A DNA stretch of 32,000 bases, taken from assembly GCA_963169695.1 (NCBI GenBank), contig CAUJDS010000062.1:75022-107021 (forward strand), written 5' to 3'. The DNA comes from Bdellovibrionota bacterium. Its GTDB lineage: Bacteria; Bdellovibrionota; UBA1018; CAUJDS01. Positions 9,169 through 16,409 of this stretch are shown here, piece after piece. Each line of letters starts with the position of its first letter. Position 1 is the stretch's first letter. The notes beneath the pieces were generated by a model, which did no database searches, was not told where the DNA came from, and worked only from the letters and a program-made list of their open reading frames with translations. The translations under genes were made by a program, and so were the position numbers.

Positions 9169-9434
9169 CTAATCCAATCTCCCATATTCCCAAATATCCC
9201 TATGGCGTACTCTTCTAGCGTATGAAGCATCCAAGGGGCCATTACGATGAGCACTACAATGACAGCAACCATTTTTGGAATGAAGGTCAGTGTTGCCTCA
9301 TTGATCTGGGTAATTGCCTGAATGATACTGATAACGATACCAATAAGCATAGCAGTAATGAGCAATGGGCCGGCAAGGTATATAATTGTCTTTATTGCTT
9401 CACCGCCAATATCTAAGACCATTTGCTCATTCAT
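9165..9434 (-). CDS. fliQ: flagellar export apparatus protein FliQ
   Basis: 89 aa, two TM helices, with the conserved stretch IIQAITQINEATLTFIPK. Confidence 0.95.
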   Translation of the reverse strand: MNEQMVLDIGGEAIKTIIYLAGPLLITAMLIGIVISIIQAITQINEATLTFIPKMVAVIVVLIVMAPWMLHTLEEYAIGIFGNMGDWIR

Positions 9435-9445
9435 TTAAAAATCCT

Positions 9446-10228
9446 CTATACTGCAAAGCTCTTCATAAGACTTCCAACCACCAATTCCCAACCATCCACA
9501 AGGACAAAGAGAAGGATCTTGAATGGCAAAGAGATCATCATAGGAGGAAGCATCATCATACCCATTGCCATAAGGACACTAGCTACGACCATATCCAGAA
9601 CCAGAAACGGCAGATACAACATGAATCCAATTTGAAAGGCAGTCTTCAATTCACTGATTACAAAAGCAGGAACCAGCGCATAAGTAGGAACTTCTGATCG
9701 GTTTTTGGGCTTGGCTTGCTTGGTCATGCCTAGAAAAAGTTCAAGGTCCTTTTCTCGTGTTTGGGCAAACATAAAGTCGCGAACTGGAACTTCTGCGAGT
9801 TTAAAAGCTGAACTTTGATCTAACTTTTCGTCTAAATAGGGCTGAAGCGCGGTGTCGTTGATCTTCTGCCAAGTGGGAGCCATAACAAAGAATGATAAAA
9901 ATAATGACAAGCCAACAATCAGTTGGTTAGGAGGCATCTGCTGAGTGCCGAGTGACTGACGGAGAAAACTCAGCACGACGACAATTCTGGTAAAAGAAGT
10001 CATCATTATAAGAATGGCCGGGGCAAGTGTCAGTACGGTCAGAAGAATGACTATCCTCAGAACGGACACCAACTCCGTTGGACTGGACCCATTGGGAAAG
10101 CTCATGCTGAAGTTCGGCAATCCTAGTCCACCAGCTACAGCAGATCCTTTCGATTGTGCGAAAGCTGATGCGGATAGGATTAATAGCCAACCCAGTAAGA
10201 AGGAAAGTTGCAGAAAGCGTTGCTTCAT
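9446..10228 (-). CDS. fliP: flagellar export apparatus protein FliP
   Basis: Signal peptide followed by FTRIVVVLSFLRQSLGTQQMPPNQ and ISELKTAFQIGF, MLPPMMISLPFKILLFVLVDGW. Confidence 0.96.
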   Translation of the reverse strand: MKQRFLQLSFLLGWLLILSASAFAQSKGSAVAGGLGLPNFSMSFPNGSSPTELVSVLRIVILLTVLTLAPAILIMMTSFTRIVVVLSFLRQSLGTQQMPPNQLIVGLSLFLSFFVMAPTWQKINDTALQPYLDEKLDQSSAFKLAEVPVRDFMFAQTREKDLELFLGMTKQAKPKNRSEVPTYALVPAFVISELKTAFQIGFMLYLPFLVLDMVVASVLMAMGMMMLPPMMISLPFKILLFVLVDGWELVVGSLMKSFAV

Positions 10229-11298
10229 AGTGATTTCATGCCTTCCATTCGCCGTCGAATACGCTCTCTTACAGAGGCCGAACCCTTGAGAGGGGTTTTA
10301 GGAGCATAATGGTCATGACTACTGACAAGAAGGTCGGCAAAAGAAGCTGAGCCAGCTGAAGTTGCTCCACTTGGAGCTTTTGCATTCTCAATAAAAGATT
10401 CCTCTTCTTTTTCTTCCTCTGACGAATGGTCGGTACTAATGAGATTGATACTTCCATTGGAGATTCCAAGGACCATTCTCTTTGTACCAATTTCTACAAC
10501 AGCGATCTGCGCGTTGGGACCGAGGGACTGAGTGGCAACAATTCGAATGTTTCCGGGCGCATTTCCATCTTGCGGAACCCAGCGCGTGAGCCATTTAAAT
10601 ATTCTTTGGTGGGATCGCCGACTCTCGCCCTTATGCTTAGTCTTTGATGCCTTCTTAAGAAAAGCTGCCACGAATACAAAGGCCATTATCACAATGAGAA
10701 GTAAAACGAGGATTCGTAGAGGAGATCCTTCTTCTTTTTTTAAACCGAGCGAAGTCGTGGACCCAGACGAAAGGTCTTTATTCAACACTTCCTTGAGAAG
10801 TGCCTTGTCGGTTAGAGAGACCGTAGGACTTACGAATTCGTTAGAAGGGGCGGGAGCCTTCATAGCCTGAGCTGCCTGAACACTAATCTTGTCACTCAGA
10901 ACGCGATCATTGGGCAAGTGAATGGAAAGTGTTCGTCCATTTAGGCTTACTTTGACTTGAGATTGCAATTGCTCGGCATTGCCTTTAACGGTCAGTCGGC
11001 ACCGCACCACGTTGGGAGTGTATTGGTAAGCAAATATTTTGCTAACCACACCCTCTTCGACGTTTACTATTTTAGCTGGATAAGTAGCGACTTCATCAAA
11101 AGAAACCTGGACGATATCTCGAAAAAACTCCGTCTTAAATTGGCTCTTTTTTAAGGCCCGGTCAAAAGACAGTTCAATGCGATTGGGCTCAGCAACTTTG
11201 ACCTCCCGTAAGATACTCATCGACCAGGCCTGACTTGCAGGATATGCAACCCAAAGGATGCCTAACCAAAACCACCGAAAACTTCCTGTTCCCATCAT
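10225..11298 (-). CDS. fliO: FliO-like protein with an N-terminal exported beta-rich (AMIN-like) extension
   Basis: Sits in the fliO position between fliN and fliP. Single TM at aa ~193-214, then a FliO-like core IRIVATQSLGPNAQIAVVEIGTKRMVLGISNGSINLI. aa 1-26 look like a signal peptide and aa ~28-129 show an alternating beta pattern. 357 aa, much longer than the FliO proteins I recall. Confidence 0.7.
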   Translation of the reverse strand: MMGTGSFRWFWLGILWVAYPASQAWSMSILREVKVAEPNRIELSFDRALKKSQFKTEFFRDIVQVSFDEVATYPAKIVNVEEGVVSKIFAYQYTPNVVRCRLTVKGNAEQLQSQVKVSLNGRTLSIHLPNDRVLSDKISVQAAQAMKAPAPSNEFVSPTVSLTDKALLKEVLNKDLSSGSTTSLGLKKEEGSPLRILVLLLIVIMAFVFVAAFLKKASKTKHKGESRRSHQRIFKWLTRWVPQDGNAPGNIRIVATQSLGPNAQIAVVEIGTKRMVLGISNGSINLISTDHSSEEEKEEESFIENAKAPSGATSAGSASFADLLVSSHDHYAPKTPLKGSASVRERIRRRMEGMKSL

Positions 11299-11331
11299 AC
11301 CGCCGTCCTGGCTTAAGTCAGCTTCGCAATC

Positions 11332-11727
11332 CTAGCGAAGCTGTTCAATTCTTTCTACTGGTGAAATAATATCTGTTAGCCTGATTCCAAATTTTTCGTT
11401 TACGACTACGACTTCACCGCGCGCAACTAGCTTTTCATTGACGAGAACCTCAAGTGGCTCGCCTGCCAATTTGCTCAATTCCACTACTGACCCTTGCCCG
11501 AGTTCTAGGATTTCTCGAATAGACATTCTGGTTCTACCAAGTTCCACAGTGAGGCGGAGAGGAATATCCAAAATGAAGTCGAGCGACTGAACTGGGCCCG
11601 TCGGAGCCTCGTTCCCTCCCCCTGGGGAAGGTGTCGGGACGCCGGATGGAGGCGCCGAGCCCGCTACCGCTGCTGCCGCTTCGGCTACTCCAGACATATC
11701 GATATTTGGTTCACCTGCCATTTGCAC
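11332..11727 (-). CDS. fliN: flagellar motor switch protein FliN
   Basis: SpoA-type C-terminus LDFILDIPLRLTVELGRTRMSIREILELGQGSVVELSKLAGEPLEVLVNEKLVARGEVVVVNEKFGIRLTDI. Confidence 0.95.
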   Translation of the reverse strand: MQMAGEPNIDMSGVAEAAAAVAGSAPPSGVPTPSPGGGNEAPTGPVQSLDFILDIPLRLTVELGRTRMSIREILELGQGSVVELSKLAGEPLEVLVNEKLVARGEVVVVNEKFGIRLTDIISPVERIEQLR

Positions 11728-11733
11728 TCCTCA

Positions 11734-12783
11734 CTAAGCTTCTTCGTCGATGACGCGTGTTATCTGTACCGCACGACTACCGCGCGATATTCCAAAAAAA
11801 GACTTAAACTTGGCTACGCCCTGTACCGTAACATTAAGCTCCGCATCAGAGTCCTGCTCCAATGGAATGATATCGCCAATATTGAGATTAACCAAATCTG
11901 ATACGGTGATTGTGGCTTCTCCCAATACTACCGACATATCCGCGCGTGTGTGCCGAATGTGGTATTCAACTTTCTCAGTCCACTCACGATCAACCTTGTC
12001 GGTCTCTGCTTGAAAGGACTGATTGAGTTTATTCTTGATGGGCTCAATCGTACTGTAAGGAATGACTAAGGCAATGGTACCGCTGGCATTTTCTAATTCC
12101 ACTTCGAACGTCGTAGAAATGATAACGTCGGAAGGAGGAACGACGCCGACAAATTGAGGATTCACTTCAATTCGATTAAAAGAAACATCGACGCGATGTA
12201 CGGGAGCCCAAGCCTCTTCGAGATCCTTCAGGCCGAGATCCATGACTTTTCGCATGATTGAAAGTTCGATACGTGTAAACTCTTTACCTTCAATCTTAGA
12301 ATACGGGCGATCGGTCCCACCGAAATAACTATCAACTAATGCGTAAGCGAGCTTGGATTCAAATACCAGCAATGCTGGACCTCTTAAGCTCTCGAAACGC
12401 ATAATGCACATGCAACTCGGGATGGGAAGGGTGTTTACGAATTCACCAAACTTTAAAAGATCCGTTGAAATAATACTGATTGCCGCAATTTTTCGTAAGG
12501 AGTTGGAAAGTGACATTCGAAAGAGACGAATAAATCGCTCGTAGATAATATCCAACGTCGGCATTCTACCACGAATGACTCGGTCTTGATTGGTAAGGTC
12601 ATAAGGAGTGACTTCAGGTTCAGCTTCATCGCTGACATTGCCGCCTGCAGATGAAATATCGCCTAATGCACCGGTCGGTGCGCCGCCACCAGCGGCTGCC
12701 CCAGCACCAGGTGCGCCGGATTCTCCATCCGATACGGCACTAAGGAGTGCGTCTACTTCTGCTTGTGTCAGTACCTGATTCAT
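11734..12783 (-). CDS. fliM: flagellar motor switch protein FliM
   Basis: N-terminal CheY-P docking-type motif LTQAEVDALLSAV, a middle FliM domain, a C-terminal SpoA-like domain, 349 aa. Confidence 0.95.
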   Translation of the reverse strand: MNQVLTQAEVDALLSAVSDGESGAPGAGAAAGGGAPTGALGDISSAGGNVSDEAEPEVTPYDLTNQDRVIRGRMPTLDIIYERFIRLFRMSLSNSLRKIAAISIISTDLLKFGEFVNTLPIPSCMCIMRFESLRGPALLVFESKLAYALVDSYFGGTDRPYSKIEGKEFTRIELSIMRKVMDLGLKDLEEAWAPVHRVDVSFNRIEVNPQFVGVVPPSDVIISTTFEVELENASGTIALVIPYSTIEPIKNKLNQSFQAETDKVDREWTEKVEYHIRHTRADMSVVLGEATITVSDLVNLNIGDIIPLEQDSDAELNVTVQGVAKFKSFFGISRGSRAVQITRVIDEEA

Positions 12784-12808
12784 AGTTTCGTCCTAGTTAC
12801 CTTCCTTA

Positions 12809-13456
12809 CTAACTGCTTAAAGCAAAACTGGTAAAGAAGACTCCCCTCACTTTTCCCGTAACAATAAAACTATTGAGTGCATTTTGGATTTGTTCCTTGA
12901 GAAGGTTTCGACTTTCTGGAGTTTGAAGATCCGATGGTTGCTTACTGTTGAAAAGATCAATGATGGTGTTTCTTACTTGGGGCATCTTTTGATTCACTTC
13001 AAGCTCAGTATCTTCGGATGGCACTTCGATAGACAAACTGACTCTCGCAAATTTAGGCTTCACCGTTCCTGTCGTCGCCAGATTGACCGTGAATTGCTCC
13101 AAAGAAATCATTTTACCAAAGTTGTGGTTGGTTTTTGCTTCTGACTTTGCACCGCCATGCCCGCCGCCGTGCTCTCCACCTTTGGCTTCGCTCTTGCCAC
13201 CACCATGCTCGCCGCCCTTGGCCTCGCCGTGGCCACCTCCGTGTCCACCTTCAGCTTCGGGACTGTCTCCTTCGGTAGCCATATCCTCTACTCGAGGGGC
13301 TGATTGTTCTTTTTTAAAGCCCAGAAATACAACAATGGCTATTCCTAACGAAATAACGACATTGGTAATGGTAAGAATCGTTACGAGCTTATTACTCCCA
13401 CCCGATTCTTCTTCCTCTTGCTCTTCTGCCGCTGGTTGTTGCCCTTCTTCAGCCAT
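12809..13456 (-). CDS. fliL: flagellar basal-body-associated protein FliL
   Basis: Single TM (LVTILTITNVVISLGIAIVVFLGF) and a FliL core (FTVNLATTG..KPKFARVSLSIEV...MPQVRNTIIDLF...LKEQIQNALN). I chose ATG 13456, preceded by GGGGAGGA, over the TTG 13519 of the ORF track. Contains a His/Gly repeat. Confidence 0.88.
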   Translation of the reverse strand: MAEEGQQPAAEEQEEEESGGSNKLVTILTITNVVISLGIAIVVFLGFKKEQSAPRVEDMATEGDSPEAEGGHGGGHGEAKGGEHGGGKSEAKGGEHGGGHGGAKSEAKTNHNFGKMISLEQFTVNLATTGTVKPKFARVSLSIEVPSEDTELEVNQKMPQVRNTIIDLFNSKQPSDLQTPESRNLLKEQIQNALNSFIVTGKVRGVFFTSFALSS

Positions 13457-13546
13457 TTTCCGCGCATCCTCCCCTACCCAATATTGTGCATGGGGAGAAT
13501 TTTCCGAACAAGTCGGCAAAAGAGACCGGGTTAGCTAATCTGAATG

Positions 13547-13588
13547 GAGGCAGCTGGGTGTCATCCATTTGACGACACCCAGCTCCTC
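13547..13588 (-). other. intercistronic stem-loop between flgE and fliL (no U-tract)
   Basis: Perfect 11-bp inverted repeat agctgggtgtc (13552-13562) / gacacccagct (13574-13584), extended by gagg/cctc with one bulged base, 11-nt loop. It starts 8 nt after the flgE stop. No T-run follows on either strand. Confidence 0.55.
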
Positions 13589-13595
13589 AAGAGAA

Positions 13596-14876
13596 TTAAG
13601 TACGAATATTGAGGACTTCTTGCATCATTTCGTCGGAGGTCTTAACCACTCGAGTATTTGCTTGGAAGTTTCGTTGCGCACCCATCAAATTGATGAATTC
13701 ATTCGCAATGTCCGTAGTAGAGGACTCAATAGACTTCGGTTGAATCGACCCGCGACCCCCTGTAGTAGGAGATCCAATGGTCGGTTGACCTGATAAACGA
13801 CTCTCTCGAAATCGATTTCCACCCATTTTGAACATCCCTTCAGGATTCTCAAACTTGGCTAAAACCAATTGTGCGAGATTGACGTTTTCACCGTTACTAA
13901 AAACGGCCGTCAAAGTTCCGTCATCATTGAAGGTCAAACCCTTCAACGTACCCGCAGTGTATCCATCCTGAGTCGTCTTATACGCCTCAGAAGCGGTACC
14001 GAAGGTTGTCACCTGGGTACCATCGCCACCAGCTGTTTTATCGTTTCCGAAATCAAAACGAATGTTTTGCTCAGGCGCCGCGCCCTTAGTGAAATTAAAG
14101 GCCGACTGGTCGGTCGTTTGAGAAAGCAGACCGCCATCACCATCGAAGGTCAATACCCCAGACGCCTGTTGGGCCATCTTACCAGGTTCAGCTCCAACGA
14201 TTTCTTCTCCTTTGGCCATTGCCCGCCATCTCCACACACGATCATCCTCTTTGTTGAAATAAAGAGTAACCACGTGAGCGGTACCGGCCGAGTCATAAAC
14301 AGTTGCCCCCGTCGCAAAATGTGCGGTTTCATCTGGACGAAGGGGATCAAACTGCAAACTCTTCTCCGCCTTGAGATCCAGGTTCATAAACATATTCACC
14401 TGGTCAGTTTTCTTCGCGTCGATTACAGTTCGATCAACTGATATATTGCCAAGCTTAGACGTAATTCGACCATTCTTATCTGCTTGAAACCCTAGAACGT
14501 GGAATCCATCAGCGTTGATTAGCTTTCCGTCTTTATCAAAGTGAAAAGATCCATTCCGGCTATAACTTCTGCCATCGATACCTTCCATTGCGAAGAAGCC
14601 ATCTCCTTGAATAGCAATATCGGTGGCGGAATCGGTCTGGATGACTGATCCCTGAGAGAAAATCGGATTTACTGCTTGTAAGCGAACACCACTACCTATT
14701 TGGTTACCACCCAGAAGTCCCTTGAGTGATTTTGCAACCACGTCAGAAAACTCTGGTCGACTGACCTTGAAGCCATTGGTGTTTGCGTTGGCTAGGTTGT
14801 CGGCGTAAATCGACAGAGCCTCACCTTGTCCACGAAGTCCGGTTATACCGGTATAGAGAGACGATAGAATACCCAT
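13596..14876 (-). CDS. flgE: flagellar hook protein FlgE
   Basis: N-terminal SLYTGITGLRGQGEALSIYADNLANANTNGFK and C-terminal LMGAQRNFQANTRVVKTSDEMMQEVLNI. Strong SD AAGGAGG upstream. Confidence 0.96.
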   Translation of the reverse strand: MGILSSLYTGITGLRGQGEALSIYADNLANANTNGFKVSRPEFSDVVAKSLKGLLGGNQIGSGVRLQAVNPIFSQGSVIQTDSATDIAIQGDGFFAMEGIDGRSYSRNGSFHFDKDGKLINADGFHVLGFQADKNGRITSKLGNISVDRTVIDAKKTDQVNMFMNLDLKAEKSLQFDPLRPDETAHFATGATVYDSAGTAHVVTLYFNKEDDRVWRWRAMAKGEEIVGAEPGKMAQQASGVLTFDGDGGLLSQTTDQSAFNFTKGAAPEQNIRFDFGNDKTAGGDGTQVTTFGTASEAYKTTQDGYTAGTLKGLTFNDDGTLTAVFSNGENVNLAQLVLAKFENPEGMFKMGGNRFRESRLSGQPTIGSPTTGGRGSIQPKSIESSTTDIANEFINLMGAQRNFQANTRVVKTSDEMMQEVLNIRT

Positions 14877-14982
14877 ATCAGGACGCCTCCTTGCGTCTTA
14901 CAGGTTATAAGTCAATGCCAACTCCTCAATCCATCAGAGTCGGCTAGGCTTCCCGATAGGGTCCAGCCTATTTCCTCACCAT

Positions 14983-15417
14983 CTAACTCACAACAACCGC
15001 GCCATCAATGTTCGTAAAAACATTTTCGGCTAAATTGTTGCGATCCATTGCAGTCACTACAGTTCTATTCTTCACATTCACAATAAAAGCTGCGTCGGGT
15101 GTAATGACTAATGTATCCTCGACGCCCTTACTTGCTGCTCGATCAATTGCTCCACTCATTTTTTGCATCAATTTCGGGCTTACCTCAATGTTACGATCTT
15201 TCAAACGCTGCATTGCATGACCCGAAAACTTCAAAGATTGTTTAACTTCATTAAGGTCTAAAGCCTGCTGCTGGCTGGCAAGCTGATCCAACAATTGATC
15301 AAATTCAGCCGGTCCATTCTTTTTAGGACCCTGAGGACCAGCCCCACGATCCATCTCTGTTCTGGGCTTAATTGGCCCAGTCACATTGGGATAGAGCACT
15401 GCTTTTCCAATACTCAT
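14983..15417 (-). CDS. small flagellar operon protein (TIGR02530-like) between flgD and flgE
   Basis: C-terminal half LKFSGHAMQRLKDRNIEVSPKLMQKMSGAIDRAASKGVEDTLVITPDAAFIVNVKNRTVVTAMD matches my recollection of the conserved 'flagellar operon protein' family found between flgD and flgE in Firmicutes/Thermotogae-type operons. Its start overlaps the flgD stop. Confidence 0.6.
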   Translation of the reverse strand: MSIGKAVLYPNVTGPIKPRTEMDRGAGPQGPKKNGPAEFDQLLDQLASQQQALDLNEVKQSLKFSGHAMQRLKDRNIEVSPKLMQKMSGAIDRAASKGVEDTLVITPDAAFIVNVKNRTVVTAMDRNNLAENVFTNIDGAVVVS

Positions 15418-16352
15418 GGCTTGTCACCTAACCCATTTGGAAATCCCTTAGTCACTGGCCGCTCGGCATGTTGTGCTTCGGGTTGCTTGTAACTCTTCAG
15501 AATATTTGCCACGGCAGGCTCCAAGTTATCGGGCCCAATGGCAGTTGAGCCTTTGCCCTTCTCAAAACCGAAAAACTTCTTCGTTGGATTATTGTCAATC
15601 AATCCCATTGGTTCGGTACTTCCGCCACCTGAGGCGGGTTGAGAATCCGCCGTCTCTACGCTAAGGATACTCTCGAAGCCGATTCGCTTTTGCTGCTTAG
15701 CATCTCCGACAAGAAAGAACGGCTCACTACCTTCAAAACTCACACCTATAATCTTAGATCGTGCGAGAGTACTCATTTGCACTGGGAGACCTTTTTCATT
15801 TTCCGCCTCGAAACGGACCGTGTAGTTTCCGTTGAGAGCGTCCGTGGTATTGGATTTCTTTCCGTCCCAGTTGATCGTATTAACGCCTGGCTTCATGTTG
15901 CCAAGTTCTTTCTCTAGTACGATTTCGCCCTTATCAGAAATGATCTGTAATTTTCCCTTGGCAATTTCTTCAGAGACCTTGAACTGAATGGAATCGACTT
16001 TACCTTGGACATGAACAAATCTATTTTCATCAATCGTAGCAATTTTTCCAATGAGATTGGTCATATTCATTCGTTCAAGAGGACGATTATTTTCCGTCAT
16101 CTTCTTCAGTGCGCTATTGACGTTTTGAAGCTGCTCCACCGATGTCATCTGCGCAATCTGAGCAGCCAGCTTATCGGCATCCATAGGACTGGTGGGATCC
16201 TGATGTTGCATCTGTGTAACCATGATTTTAAGAAAGTCATCCTTATCAAGCTGTTTATGGAGCTTTCGTTGCTCCTTTGGCTTCTCACCATACTTGGCTT
16301 GAATTTCTTTCCAAATGTTTCCATCGGTTTGATGGCTCGGCAACGTTTCCAA
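15414..16352 (-). CDS. flgD: flagellar hook capping/assembly protein FlgD
   Basis: DDFLKIMVTQMQHQDPTSPMD motif and an Ig-like FlgD domain (NWDGKKSNTTDALNGNYTVRFEAENEKG). TTG start at 16352 preceded by AGGGGA. Carries a ~90-aa C-terminal tail. Confidence 0.9.
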   Translation of the reverse strand: METLPSHQTDGNIWKEIQAKYGEKPKEQRKLHKQLDKDDFLKIMVTQMQHQDPTSPMDADKLAAQIAQMTSVEQLQNVNSALKKMTENNRPLERMNMTNLIGKIATIDENRFVHVQGKVDSIQFKVSEEIAKGKLQIISDKGEIVLEKELGNMKPGVNTINWDGKKSNTTDALNGNYTVRFEAENEKGLPVQMSTLARSKIIGVSFEGSEPFFLVGDAKQQKRIGFESILSVETADSQPASGGGSTEPMGLIDNNPTKKFFGFEKGKGSTAIGPDNLEPAVANILKSYKQPEAQHAERPVTKGFPNGLGDKP

Positions 16353-16373
16353 AAAATCCCCTAATCTTTATAA

Positions 16374-16400
16374 AACCCCGAGGCATCGAGCCTCGGGGTT
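16374..16400 (-). terminator. terminator-like hairpin inside the operon, between fliK and flgD
   Basis: Perfect 11-bp stem aaccccgaggc / gcctcggggtt with a 5-nt loop. On the minus strand it reads AACCCCGAGGC-TCGAT-GCCTCGGGGTT followed by TTATAAAG. It also has a T-run on the plus strand (CTTTTAT). Confidence 0.5.
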
Positions 16401-16409
16401 CTTTTATCA

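Noticed and set aside
11299-11331. Near-palindrome CTGGCTTAAGTCAG between fliN and the fliO-like gene.
   Set aside because: It has no loop and so cannot form a stable hairpin. It is only 14 nt with a mismatch, within a 33-nt gap that mainly provides the ribosome-binding region.
13511-13517. GCCGACT (minus strand) upstream of fliL, repeated at 14938-14944 upstream of flgE. It resembles the sigma-28 -10 element GCCGATAA.
   Set aside because: Neither copy has a TAAA-like -35 element at 15 +/- 1 nt. A shared 7-mer in two gaps could be chance. Only a genome-wide motif search or 5'-end mapping could rescue it.
13457-13519. A longer FliL N-terminus starting at TTG 13519 (MPTCSENSPHAQYWVGEDARK...), as given in the ORF track.
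   Set aside because: ATG 13456 is preceded at proper distance by GGGGAGGA, and the extra 21 residues have no FliL-like character. The TTG has no SD.
13083-13538. A 151-aa plus-strand ORF rich in Pro/Cys repeats (PPCPPPCSPPLAS...).
   Set aside because: It is the antisense shadow of the FliL Gly/His repeat (GGN/CAY codons read as CCN/TGY on the other strand). The same reasoning applies to the other antisense ORFs in the track, e.g. 2790-3254, 5431-5784, 6585-6989, 13869-14441, 23220-23768 and 31010-31477.
13457-13595. A 39-codon minus-strand ORF (MDDTQLPPFRLANPVSF...) in the flgE-fliL gap, where flbD/swrD would sit in Bacillus-type operons.
   Set aside because: It has no resemblance to the FlbD pattern and no SD. 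It starts inside the hairpin and runs into the fliL start in another frame.
14903-14921. TTGGCATTGACTTATAACC on the minus strand upstream of flgE. It looks like a sigma-54 -24 element (TGGCAT).
   Set aside because: At the required spacing the -12 position reads TATA instead of TTGC, so GG-N10-GC is not satisfied. The alternative sigma-70 reading (TTGAGG-N14-TATAAC) has a 14-nt spacer, which is too short.
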